Part shown: positions 50,899 to 60,438 of the stretch, piece by piece
How positions within the stretch are numbered: position 1 is the first letter of the stretch
Layout: the number at the start of each line of letters is the position of its first letter
Source: an uncultured Candidatus Rokubacteria bacterium
GTDB lineage: Bacteria; Methylomirabilota; Methylomirabilia; Rokubacteriales; CSP1-6
Assembly: GCA_963758635.1 (NCBI GenBank)
Contig: CAVWWD010000004.1
Span: 311,384-375,383, forward strand
Length of the DNA: 64,000 nucleotides
Direction of reading: 5' to 3'
Program-made: the position numbers and the translations under genes
The notes under the pieces: model-generated
What the model was told of the DNA's origin: nothing
Database searches by the model: none
What the model saw: the letters and a program-made list of their open reading frames with translations, nothing else

Positions 50899-52296
50899 TC
50901 AGGGCTCCGGCGGCCGCCGCTCGCGCCACGACGTGGCTTGCTCGTACGCCCACGCGATGCGGAGCGCCATCGCCTCCTGGCCGCCCGGGCACAGGATCTG
51001 GAGCGACGTGGGCAGCCCGCCCGCGGTGAACCCATCCGGCAGCGCCACCCCGCACATGCCGAGGTAGTTTCCCGGCCGCGTGAAGTGCGCGGGCGTGCCC
51101 GTCTGGTCCACCGCGTCCACGGGAATGGCCGGCGTCTGCGTGGTCGGCGTCAGGAGCGCGTCCACGCCCGCGGTGGCCTTCGCGAACGCCTTGCGATGCG
51201 CCTCGCGCTCGGCCAGGGCCAGCAGGTAGTCCCGCGCGGAGACGCCGCGGCCGAGCTGGATCCGCGGCCGCACGTGCGGGTCGACGGGCAGCGCCGCGTC
51301 GTCCACGAGGTGACCGACGAAGCGATACCCCTCGGAGCCGATGATGCGGCCCGTGGCCGCCGTGTAGTCGGCGAAGCGGTGCGGCAGCGTCACGCTGACG
51401 ATCTCCGCGCCCTTCGCGGCCAGCGTCTGGAGCGCGGCGTCGTAGGCGGCCAGCACTTCCTTGTCCACGCCTTCGCGCTCCGCCTCGGGCAGCCGGGCCA
51501 GGCGCAGCCCGGCGACGCCTCGTCGCAGCGAGGGCAGCGCGTCGTCTGCCGTCCACACGTGGGTGAGGGGATCTTCCGGGTCGGGCCCATTCAGCGCGCG
51601 GTACATGAGCGCCGCGTCTTCCACCGAGCGCGTCATGGGGCCCGGCGTGTCGAGCGTGCTGGACAGCGGCAGCACGCCGTACGTGCTGATGCGCCCCACC
51701 GTGGTCTTCAGGCCGACGATGCCGCACCACGCGGCGGGGAGCCGCACCGAGCCGCCGGTGTCCGTGCCGATCGCCGCGGGGGCGAGGCCGGCGGCCACCG
51801 AGACCCCGGAGCCGCTCGACGACCCGCCCGGCGTCCGGTGCGTGCGCAGGTCCCACGGGTTCCGCGGCGTGCCCATGTGGGTGTTCGTCCCCCAGCCGCC
51901 CATCGCGAACTCCACGGTGTGGGTCTTGCCGATCACGATCATGCCCGCGGTGATCAGGCGCTGCGCCAGCGTGGCCGTGACCTCCGACACGCGCTTGGCC
52001 CAGACCTTCGACCCGCCGGTCGTGACGCGTCCCTCCATGTCCACGAGGTCCTTGAGCGCCACCGGCACGCCGTGGAGCGGCCCGATCCGGTGGCCGGAGC
52101 GGATGGCCTTGTCGGCGGCCTCGGCGCCCAGCCGGGCCTCCGCGCCGTAGACGTCGATGAAGGCGTGGAGCTCCGGATTGCGCCGCTCGATGCGGGACAG
52201 GAGCGTGTCCATCACGTCCACCGGGGAGAGCTTGCGGGTCTCGAAGGCGCGCGAGAGCTCCGCCACGGTGGCGAAGGCGAGGTCCGTCTGCGGCAT
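50899..52296 (-). CDS. Amidase signature family enzyme
   Basis: GVPVALKD, GGSSSGS and GTDTGGSVRLPA motifs. Confidence 0.93.
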   Translation of the reverse strand: MPQTDLAFATVAELSRAFETRKLSPVDVMDTLLSRIERRNPELHAFIDVYGAEARLGAEAADKAIRSGHRIGPLHGVPVALKDLVDMEGRVTTGGSKVWAKRVSEVTATLAQRLITAGMIVIGKTHTVEFAMGGWGTNTHMGTPRNPWDLRTHRTPGGSSSGSGVSVAAGLAPAAIGTDTGGSVRLPAAWCGIVGLKTTVGRISTYGVLPLSSTLDTPGPMTRSVEDAALMYRALNGPDPEDPLTHVWTADDALPSLRRGVAGLRLARLPEAEREGVDKEVLAAYDAALQTLAAKGAEIVSVTLPHRFADYTAATGRIIGSEGYRFVGHLVDDAALPVDPHVRPRIQLGRGVSARDYLLALAEREAHRKAFAKATAGVDALLTPTTQTPAIPVDAVDQTGTPAHFTRPGNYLGMCGVALPDGFTAGGLPTSLQILCPGGQEAMALRIAWAYEQATSWRERRPPEP

Positions 52297-52416
52297 GGAG
52301 CATCCTCCTGGGTGTGATGCGGGCACGGCGAGCCCGGCGCCGGGTCCGGGCACGTCGATTCTAAGCCGGGACGGCGCTCCGCGGGCGAGGGGATCGGCCG
52401 GGCGTTCTGCGTGGCG

Positions 52417-52425
52417 TGATAGAAT
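52417..52425 (+). promoter_or_regulatory. Extended -10 promoter for tRNA-Glu
   Basis: TGaTAGAAT about 30 nt upstream of the tRNA. Confidence 0.5.
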
Positions 52426-52456
52426 CCGCTAGCGTCGCTGCCGCGTAGAAGGAAGT

Positions 52457-52535
52457 GACCCCGTCGTCTAGCCTGGCCAAGGACGCGACCCTTTCAAGGT
52501 CGAGATCGCGGGTTCGAATCCCGCCGGGGTCACCA
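52457..52535 (+). tRNA. tRNA-Glu(TTC)
   Basis: Acceptor stem gaccccg/cggggtc, anticodon arm cgacc-ctttcaa-ggtcg, GTTCGAATC T-loop and encoded CCA. Confidence 0.95.
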
Positions 52536-54165
52536 CCCACTTGTAGCGGGCTGACCCCGCAGGAGCGCGACCAAACGTCGCGCGCCGTGAACTCGTAGAA
52601 CCGCCCTGCGCCCTCGGCGGTGAGACCACGCGCCGCCTCAGCAGCTCGCGCAGCGATCGGTCGCGCCCGCGGTCATGTTTCCGCGGAGAGGCCCGCCAGT
52701 CCGCGAAGCTCCTCCACGCCGGCGGAGCCGCCGGGGGCCGGCGCGCAGCCGGGCGCAGCGTCTCCGCTCGCTCAGCACGCGCGCCGGCGGCTCGGCGGCT
52801 GAAGCTCGCGACGAGCGAGGCCAACGGGCCGCCCAGACGAATGGCCGCCGTGAGGCGCGCCCATCGGCCGTCGAGAGCTCGCGCAGCTCGCGCCTGGAGC
52901 GGCCGCGCGCGCGGGCTCCGCTGTCGGGCCGGCCGGAGCCGGCGAGGGCCTTCTCGATCGCGCGCGCGACACGTCGGGTGGAGCACCTCCTGCTCGATCG
53001 CATCGAGCACGCCTCGTCGGTCGGCGCATGAGCGGCTCACAGCGATTGCGGCAGACCGTCGCCCCCGGCGTGGTAGGTACTGCAGCCGTAGAAGTGCCGG
53101 CGCTGGTCGCCGCTTGCATCGCCGCTGCGCACCACGAGCGACCCGCCGCACGCCGCCGCAGGCCGCGAGGCCGGTCAGCAGGTACTTGGACTCGATGCCG
53201 TTCGCCGGCCGGCCGCAGAGCTGGCCCGGCCGTGCCCGGCGGTAGAGCGCGCGGGCGCCCGCGAGCCGCTCGTGCGCGCGCCTGCCAGAGCGCCTCGTCG
53301 ACGATGCGCAGCTCGGGCGCTCGACGGCGGAGCCACTCGCCTCGGCCGGCCGCGGCGGTACGCGCTTGCCGCCCCACTGATCGCGCTTGCTGCGCTGGTT
53401 CCAGACCACCACGCCGCGGTAGAGCATCGCGGTGGAGATCTCGCGGACGGGACGGCGCCCAGCCGCGCGGCCGCGCCGCGTGCCGCGGGCGCGGGGCCGG
53501 CGCGCCCTCGGCGTTCAGCGTCGTTCGCGATGCGCTTGAAGCCCGCGCCGCCGCGGCGACAGCGCGAAGATGCGGCGGACCACGGCGGCCTGCTCGTCGT
53601 CGACGCGCCGGACCGACGTGCTGCGCGCCGGCCGTCGCGCGTCGAGCACCTCGACGTTGTCGTAGCCGAAGACGCGCCCGCCGGTGACGTGGCCGGCGCG
53701 CGCCTTGCGCTCGAGCATCGCGTCGTCGGTGCGCTGGCGCGCCTTGTCGCGCTCCATCTCGTCGGCGAACTCGGCGACGCGCGAGCATCAGCTTGTCGGT
53801 CGGGCGAGTCGAGGGTGCGCTCGCGGTCGTCCAGGTAGAAGCAGACGCGCACGCCCGCCGTGACGATCTGCTTCAGCGCGTAGGCCGTCTCGATCTGCTC
53901 GCGGCCGAGGCGGGACTCCTCGCGACATCACGAGCACCTGGAACGGCGGGCGCGGCTTCAGCGCGTTCATGAGGCGCAGGAAGCCCGGGCGCTTGAGCGA
54001 ACTCGGCGCCGGAGATGCCGTCGTCGACGTAGACGTGCGCCTCGTCGACCGTCCAGCCCTTCGCGTCGCGTAGGCGCGCGCGTGCTCGACCTGGCGCGTG
54101 ACGGACTTCGCCTCGTCGGCGACGCGCTGGTCGGTGGACTTCCGGGCGTAGATCGCGGCGATCAT
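52468..54165 (-). CDS. Large serine recombinase (integrase), heavily frameshifted; C-terminus runs antisense into tRNA-Glu
   Basis: MIAAIYARKST (catalytic Ser), DDGISG, GGRVFGY, LYRGVVVW and KYLLTGLAAC zinc-ribbon motifs across frames. Confidence 0.85.
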
Positions 54166-54609
54166 GTCCCGCAGCGCTGCCAACCGAACTGCCCGCCGGA
54201 TCTGCTCGGTGGCTCGGCGTAGCCATGTCCAGCGATAATTCAGGCGGCGCCCGGCCTCGTCGGGACGCAGCTGTGCATGACTTGGCCCAACCCCCTCGAA
54301 GTGCCTCGATGGACTGGGCGGTTTGGGTGTGTCGCGAGCGATTCCGAGCCTCTTGAGGTGGGGCGTCCCTTCCCAGGAGTCAACGACTCGACGGAGGCAG
54401 CCCGTCCGCAGCTTCCTTCGCCTCGTATCGAACGTCTGGGCGACGCCGTCCCTCGCGAACGGAAGTGCCGCCCCATGCCAGAACAACCGCGGCCCCGACA
54501 TCGGATCGGACCTCGACGAAGACAGTCGGCACGGGTAGCCTCGGACGCTCTCGCCTCGACAGAGCGCGCAAGGAGGCGCCGCCGTCGCTTCGCCATACCG
54601 GCGGCAGAA

Positions 54610-55041
54610 CTACCCCACGAAATGGGCGGCTCCCTTCGCCGATCTGTGACCTGACGAGTCCGTTGATGAGACGGTGCACGTCGAGCCGCCTACGTTGCCC
54701 GTTCTCGAAGAAGCGCATTTCTCTCGTCTTCCGCCTTGCGGTCTTCGGGCCCAGAACCCATACTTCGCCTCGAGCCCCTCCATCTGCCGCCGCAACCACG
54801 CCTCCGCCGCGTCAGCCTTCATCCCCTTGAGCGTCGCCAGCGCCTCCTCGAGCGTCCGCCGGAGCCCGTCCTCGAGGGCGGCGACCAGGCCGAGGTAGAC
54901 CTGGCGCTCCACCTCCGTAGCACCCGCGGCCTCCAGCGCGATCAGCCGGTCGCGCGTGACGCGAGCCTCCACGAGCAGCGCGTAGACGCGTTGCACCAGC
55001 GCGCTCGCGGCCTCGAGGGGCGCGTCGGTCACTCGCGACAC
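54610..55041 (-). CDS. Hypothetical helical protein
   Basis: ORF with host-like codon usage directly downstream of the XRE gene. Confidence 0.5.
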   Translation of the reverse strand: MSRVTDAPLEAASALVQRVYALLVEARVTRDRLIALEAAGATEVERQVYLGLVAALEDGLRRTLEEALATLKGMKADAAEAWLRRQMEGLEAKYGFWARRPQGGRREKCASSRTGNVGGSTCTVSSTDSSGHRSAKGAAHFVG

Positions 55042-55069
55042 CCTGGGGCCTCGAGCAGCCTCTTGCCCA

Positions 55070-55273
55070 TCACAGCAGCTCCGTCACCGGCACGCCGAGC
55101 GCCTTGGCAAGACGCTGGAGCACGCCGAGGGTGGGATCGTAGCGGCCGGCTTCCAGCTTGTTGACGTACTCACGCGTAATCCTCGCTCGCTTCGCCAGCG
55201 CCGCCTGGCTCAGGCCCTTCGCCGTCCGCATCGCCTTGAGCTTCATCCCTAGCTGTCTCGGAGTCGGGCTCAT
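55070..55273 (-). CDS. XRE-family HTH regulator
   Basis: GLSQAALAKRA.ITREYVNKLEAG..DPTL..L..LAKALGV. Confidence 0.9.
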   Translation of the reverse strand: MSPTPRQLGMKLKAMRTAKGLSQAALAKRARITREYVNKLEAGRYDPTLGVLQRLAKALGVPVTELL

Positions 55274-55293
55274 GGTGAACTATGCTTCACCAT
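55272..55293. promoter_or_regulatory. Palindromic operator candidate overlapping the XRE start codon
   Basis: ATGGTGAA-N6-TTCACCAT perfect 8-bp inverted repeat, with TTGACT immediately upstream on the minus strand. Confidence 0.55.
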
Positions 55294-55346
55294 AAGTCAA
55301 GACGCGCGCGTCAATCACGCCCGGCCTGGCGTGCCCGCCGCTCCAC

Positions 55347-55424
55347 TCAGCGCTCCACCAGCCCCGCGCCGAAGGCGAGCAGGACGCACCAGCCGAGGAA
55401 GATGAGCACGTCGGCGCCGCTCAT
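55347..55424 (-). CDS. 25-aa hydrophobic peptide
   Basis: MSGADVLIFLGWCVLLAFGAGLVER. Confidence 0.35.
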   Translation of the reverse strand: MSGADVLIFLGWCVLLAFGAGLVER

Positions 55425-55489
55425 GTGCGAGCCCGGGCGTTGTGCAAACGGGTCTCTGCATGGTCGAGGAGTCGGCGGCCGCGATCGGA

Positions 55490-56272
55490 CGTAAGCGCCG
55501 CTAGGACGCCCTCGGCAATTCGGCGTGGCCGCTCTCTGATCCGGCCACCTCAGCGGCGCTCCCGCGCGGATCGACCTCGATGACCTTGGTCCGTACGGCG
55601 ACCGGCACCCCGTCGTGCGTCAGGCCCGAAGGATCCCCGCGACGGGGACGCGCAGTTGGGTTTCGCCGATTGATGCGATTTCTTGGCCGCGCGACACGGC
55701 GTCACCGATCTGCGCTCGCGTCCGGAACGTGCCCTCGACTGGCGCGTACACATACCGCTCTCGCGCGATTCCTGCCAGCGCGCGAGGCTCACCCGCCAGC
55801 GGCAACGGCGCCCCCTCCAGGATGACCGCGCCAGGGCCTCCCAGCTCGTCTCGACCGCCAGATCGCAGACGCGGCCCGTCTCGAAACCCGGCCCGAGCCC
55901 AATGGTGAGTCCCGCCAGGCCGCGCTGAACTTCCGCGCTGGCGTGTTTCTGCACGCGGGCATCGACGAGGATTTCGGGGGCGATCGCGTCGAGCAGACGG
56001 CGAAGCGGGTGGACATAGACGGGGATCGCAGAGCGCGTCGCGAGCAGCCGCCGTACGCCCTCAGCATCAGGCACGCGTTCCGCCGCGATCCCCTCAAGGG
56101 TGGCGTGCCCTTCGAACGCGGCGTCCGCGAATGCCATCGCTCGGCGGGTGGTCGGGGGCATCGGATCGTCGTGAAGCACCACGGGATACCCGACGCCGAA
56201 CAAGCGATGGGCGACCGCAGAGCCGATGTCGCCCAACCCCCGCACCACGACAGTGCCCTGTCTGGTCGTCAC
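55490..56272 (-). CDS. YqeB-like selenium-dependent molybdenum hydroxylase accessory protein; frameshifted, 3' end approximate
   Basis: VVVRGLGDIGSAVAHRL, RRAMAF, LVDAR..K, IGLGPGF, ERYVYAP and EVDPR motifs. Confidence 0.65.
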
Positions 56273-56478
56273 GCCGCCTCCCCGAGGATCGGCACCAGGC
56301 GCGCCGTCTCGCCGGCCAGGTCGGGCACGAGCAGCCACTCCTGCCGGTGGCCGCAGTGGTTCACCGCCGACGCCTCCGCGAACAGCCGCCAGCCGTACAT
56401 GCGGAGGTGCTCGAGGCGCGGGTGGTGGACGGGCACCTCGGCGCCACAGCGCGGGCAGGGCGGGACGCGATCAGGCAC
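56269..56478 (-). CDS. Small Cys-motif hypothetical protein
   Basis: CPRCG...HCGH; tightly packed between neighbouring genes. Confidence 0.5.
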   Translation of the reverse strand: MPDRVPPCPRCGAEVPVHHPRLEHLRMYGWRLFAEASAVNHCGHRQEWLLVPDLAGETARLVPILGEAA

Positions 56479-56484
56479 GGAGCG

Positions 56485-57455
56485 TCACTGGATCACCTGG
56501 TCCGCCCGCGCCAGCAGCGACGGCGGGATCGTCAGGCCGAGGGCCTTGGCGGTCTTGAGGTTGATGACCAGCTCGAACTTCGTCGGCTGCTCGACGGGCA
56601 GGTCGCCGGGCTTGGCGCCCTTGAGGATCTTGTCCACGTAGGTAGCGGCGCGCCGAGACAAGTCAGCAAGGTCCGGTCCATAGGCCATCAGGCCCCCGGC
56701 ATCGACAAACTCGCTGTATGGGAACATCGTCGGCAGCCGGTTCGTTGCCGCCAGGTCCACGAGGCGTCTTCGCTCAGCGGTGAACAAGGGCGTTGGCAGC
56801 ACCGCCAGAGCACCCGCGCGCGCCCTGGTCATGTCCGAAAAGGCCCGGTCGAACTCGGCGGGACTTCCGTCTCCACGATTGAAGCTGCACCCCCAGCGCC
56901 CGCGCCGCGACAGCCGCGGCCTTGAGTCTGTCGTTCTTGGAAAGGTCGTCTGCGTGCACGAGAAGGGCGACCCGACTCACATCCGGAACGGCCTGCTTGA
57001 GCAGTTCCAGCAACTTGCCGACGAGGTCTTGCGGGACAACGGAGAAGCCCGTGACATTGCCGCCCGGCCGCCGAAGGCTGGTGACGAGTCCGATCCCAAC
57101 CGGATCACCAACAGAAGTCAAGACGATGGGAAGGGTCGTGGTCGCTGGCTTCGCGGCGAGGGCGGGGGTGTGTTCTGGACCACGATGACATCGACCTTGA
57201 GTGAACGAGGTCGGTCACGAGAGCGGGGAGTCGCTCGCGCTCCCCCCGTACCCTCGGTATTCGATCGCAAGGTCTGCGGCCCTCGACATAGCCGAGATCA
57301 CGCAGTCCTTGGCGGAACGGCCTCGCACTGCGGGATGCGACCGGTCGCGCCGGCCACCCAGCCATGCGAGCGACCTTCCCCGTCTGCTGGGCCTCGGCGG
57401 CGCGCGGCGCGGCGAGGAGGGCGAGGGTGCCGAGGAAGGCGCGGCGGTCAAGCAT
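56485..57455 (-). CDS. Orphan ABC substrate-binding paralog inside the island; multiply frameshifted
   Basis: MLDRRAFLG leader; RPGGNVTG, GGLMAYG and EQPTKFELVINLKTAKALG motifs. Confidence 0.85.
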
Positions 57456-57746
57456 CGCGAGCCTCCAGCTGCCGCGCCATCGTGGCCGCCGTGGACGCGG
57501 CGCGGATGTCCTTGTGCGTGATCCGGTAGACCGGCACGCCGCCCTCGTCGCGGACCCACTGCGCGATAGCGAAGTTGCGAGGGCCGAGCGGGAGAACGAC
57601 GGGGCCCCGGCCCGGCGGCGCTGGCGGACGGCGCTTCCTTCAGCTCGAGCTGATCCGCTGGCCGCCATGCCGCGCCGCTTGCTCATGCCGTCAGCCTCCC
57701 GATGATGACCGCCAGCCCGAGGAAGCCGCCGAGGGTCACGGCCGCG

Positions 57747-58084
57747 TCACCAGCGCGAGGAGGTCATCGACCTGGGCGCGGGCCACCAGGAGCCCGATGC
57801 GCACCTCGACGCAGCCGTCGGGGACCGGCGGCGCCGCGTCGCCCGCCCCGGCCGCCTGGAGCGCCTCCGCGCCGGTCGAGGAAGCGCACGAGCTCCCGCC
57901 GTGCCTCCTCGCCGAAGTAGCCCGGCGCGCTCAGGCGCGCGCGCACGGCGTCGAGGTCGGCCAGGGCCCGGCGCGTGTCCACGGTGTGCCGAGCGCGGCG
58001 GCGGCAGGCGTCGGTACACCACCGCCGGGGCTTGCCCCGGCGCGGGCCGGGCGGGAACGGGGTGCCGCAGGCCTCGCAGGTCAT
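57747..58084 (-). CDS. Small zinc-finger-like phage-type protein
   Basis: CEACG..F......RRWCTDACRRR. Confidence 0.55.
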
Positions 58085-58517
58085 CCGCCATAGGCTGCCA
58101 GAAAACCGCTCCGGTTTTCCAGGGCCCTTCGGACGCGGCGGGGGTCACCATGGCGGGTGAGCGCCTGGACGCGCTGGCGGGGCACGGGGGCGCGCTGGTG
58201 TTACGTCTCGTTGAGGGCCCCGCGCGCCGCGGCGACCACGTCCACCCATCCCGCCTGAAGTGCCGCGGTCAAGTGGTCCTCGGGCTCGGTGCGCGTCCGC
58301 GCCTCCAGCGCCGGCCGGAGAAGCCCAGGGCGGTCCCGCGCCGCGCGCGCACGGTTACGCGGTCGATCTGGGCGACGCCCGTCTCGTCGTCGCCGTCGAT
58401 CCAGTCATCGCGGAACGGGGCGAACCGGCAACTCGATGGCCTTGCACAGCTCGCGGTCGAACACGCGGCCGTCGGCCTTCACGGTGAATCGCCGCACGAC
58501 CGAGACCACGTAGGCCA

Positions 58518-59916
58518 TCACGATCGCCAGCGGCCGGGGGGCGCGGGGCCCTGGGGGGCGCGACCCTGGGGGGCGGGGCCCTGCGTGAAGGCATAGCTCG
58601 GCGGGGCGATCTTGATGGGCGGCCGCGGCGCCAGCCGGCCGGGGCGGAGCCCCATGGCCAGGTAGCGGAACGCATCCGCCCCGTGACTGGCCCAGTCGTG
58701 CCGCGGCCGTAGCGCGAACGTCTTCTTCGCCTCGTCCCAGTCCTTGCGGTAGGACTCCAGCGCCCGGACCAGCGGCCGGCAGGTGTCGATGTCGACGTAG
58801 CACCTCGGCAGGAGCAGCCGGGCCTGCTCGATGCCATCGGCGACCGGCAAGAGCGGGAGCACCCGCACCGGCGCGAGCCCGAGGGCCCGGAGGACCTCGG
58901 CGCGGCTCTTGCCGGTCCCGAGCTCGCGCACGTCGGCGTCGTGGGGCAACAGGTGCTCCGCGTAGCGGTAGGGCTTCTCACGCAGGCGCTTCGCGTAGTG
59001 GGCCAGCCCCTCGCCGCTCTGCTCCAGGTAGTCGATGAGCCGCACCTCCGCGCCGGTCACCTGGGCGAAGATGATCGCCGTCACGTCGTCGATGCCGAGG
59101 TCCCAGGCGGTCGTCACCGGCAATTTGGGCTCCCACGGCACGCGGCGCAGGCGGCCGGCGCGCTCGGCCTCCTCGAGGTCCCGGGCATAGTACGCGCCCG
59201 GCATCGCGGCGGTGAAGCTCGTGTAGTACTCCTGATCCGCGAACTCCTTCGGCATCCCCTCGCGGATGTCCTGCGCGATCTGCGCCGCGGTGATGATCGG
59301 CTCCCCGCTCTCGCCGGGGGCATCCCGCCGGGTGTCGTCCACCGTCTTGCGCGTCGTGAACCAGTCGGGGCTCTGCCGCGCCTGCTCGTACAGCGCGTGC
59401 GCGTGATTGCGCCCGAGCGGCGTGAAGGCGAAGAGCGCAAAGCCGCCGTTCTCGGCCAGGATCGGGCGCGTCAGGTCCCACGCCTGCGCGCCCGGCATCT
59501 GGCTGTACTCGTCGAAGGCCACGCCCACCGGGGTTGGTCCCGCGGAGGCGGTCGGCCTGGTCGGCGCCGAGGATCTGAAAGACGCTCCGGTTGCGGAGCG
59601 TGATCTGCATCTCGACCTCGTTCTTCGTCGCCACCAGCTCGGCCGGGAACGCGTCGAGCATCGGCCGGCCGGCGTGGTCGAGCCCATCCCAGACGTTCCG
59701 CCGACCCATCGTGAAGGTCGGGGTGACGTAGTAGTACGTCCCGACGCGCTGGACCATGGCCATGGACAGGAGCGCCAGCAGCAGGGAGGTCTTGCCGCTC
59801 CGGCGATGCACGACGACCACAAGGCGCGTGATCCCTCGGCTCCACGCCGCGAGCACCTCCTGCTGCCAGGCGCGCGGGTCGAGGACGGGCAGCGTGATCT
59901 CAGCGGGCGGCGTCAC
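58518..59916 (-). CDS. Phage terminase large subunit; frameshift near 59530
   Basis: HRRSGKT Walker A, VAFDEYS Walker B, FTPLG, AWDLG nuclease and HDWASHGADAFRY motifs. Confidence 0.92.
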
Positions 59917-60394
59917 GCGTCCGGCCGCTCCGTGAAGTGCGTCACCCGCACGCGCACCTCGGCGGCGATCGGCTCGGGCGCGTCGAGCGCGAGGGGCGCG
60001 TGCGACGCCGGCGCCTCGGTGTCGACCGACAGGACGACCGGCGGGGGCGCGTTCGGGGCGCGGCCGGTCGGGCCGAGCACGTACTGCCGGAGCACGATGG
60101 TGAAGCCGCCCGGCGCGGCGGCGTCGACGAGTTCCGGCCGGGGCGAGCCGTAGGCGCGATTGAGGACGGCCTCGGCGGCCCGTACGGCGACGCGCGGGTC
60201 CTCGTTGCACATGAGGGTGACGAGGATCCGGAGCGCTTCCGGGGCGTGCTGGCGGGCGAGGGCGCGCACGTCATGGACGACGGCCTTCGGTGGGCGGCCG
60301 CGCGGGTTGCCGGACACGCCCTTGGGCCACGGGGGCGGGCGGTCGGTGTTCTCCGCGTGTTCGGCTCGGTGTTCGCGACGCGCGGTCCCTCCAT
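59913..60394 (-). CDS. Putative terminase small subunit (DUF5681-like); frameshift near 60330
   Basis: WPKGVSGNPRGRP, AL..L..LM and RAAEAVLNRAYG motifs; overlaps the terL start. Confidence 0.65.
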
Positions 60395-60438
60395 CGCCAG
60401 GCCCCCCTGGAGCGGAGTATGCCTTTGTACGCTGCGCG

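Noticed and set aside
56131..56925. Plus-strand ORF containing LDHLVRPRQQRRRDRQAEGLGGLEVDDQLE
   Set aside because: Antisense shadow of the conserved ABC substrate-binding gene C-terminus
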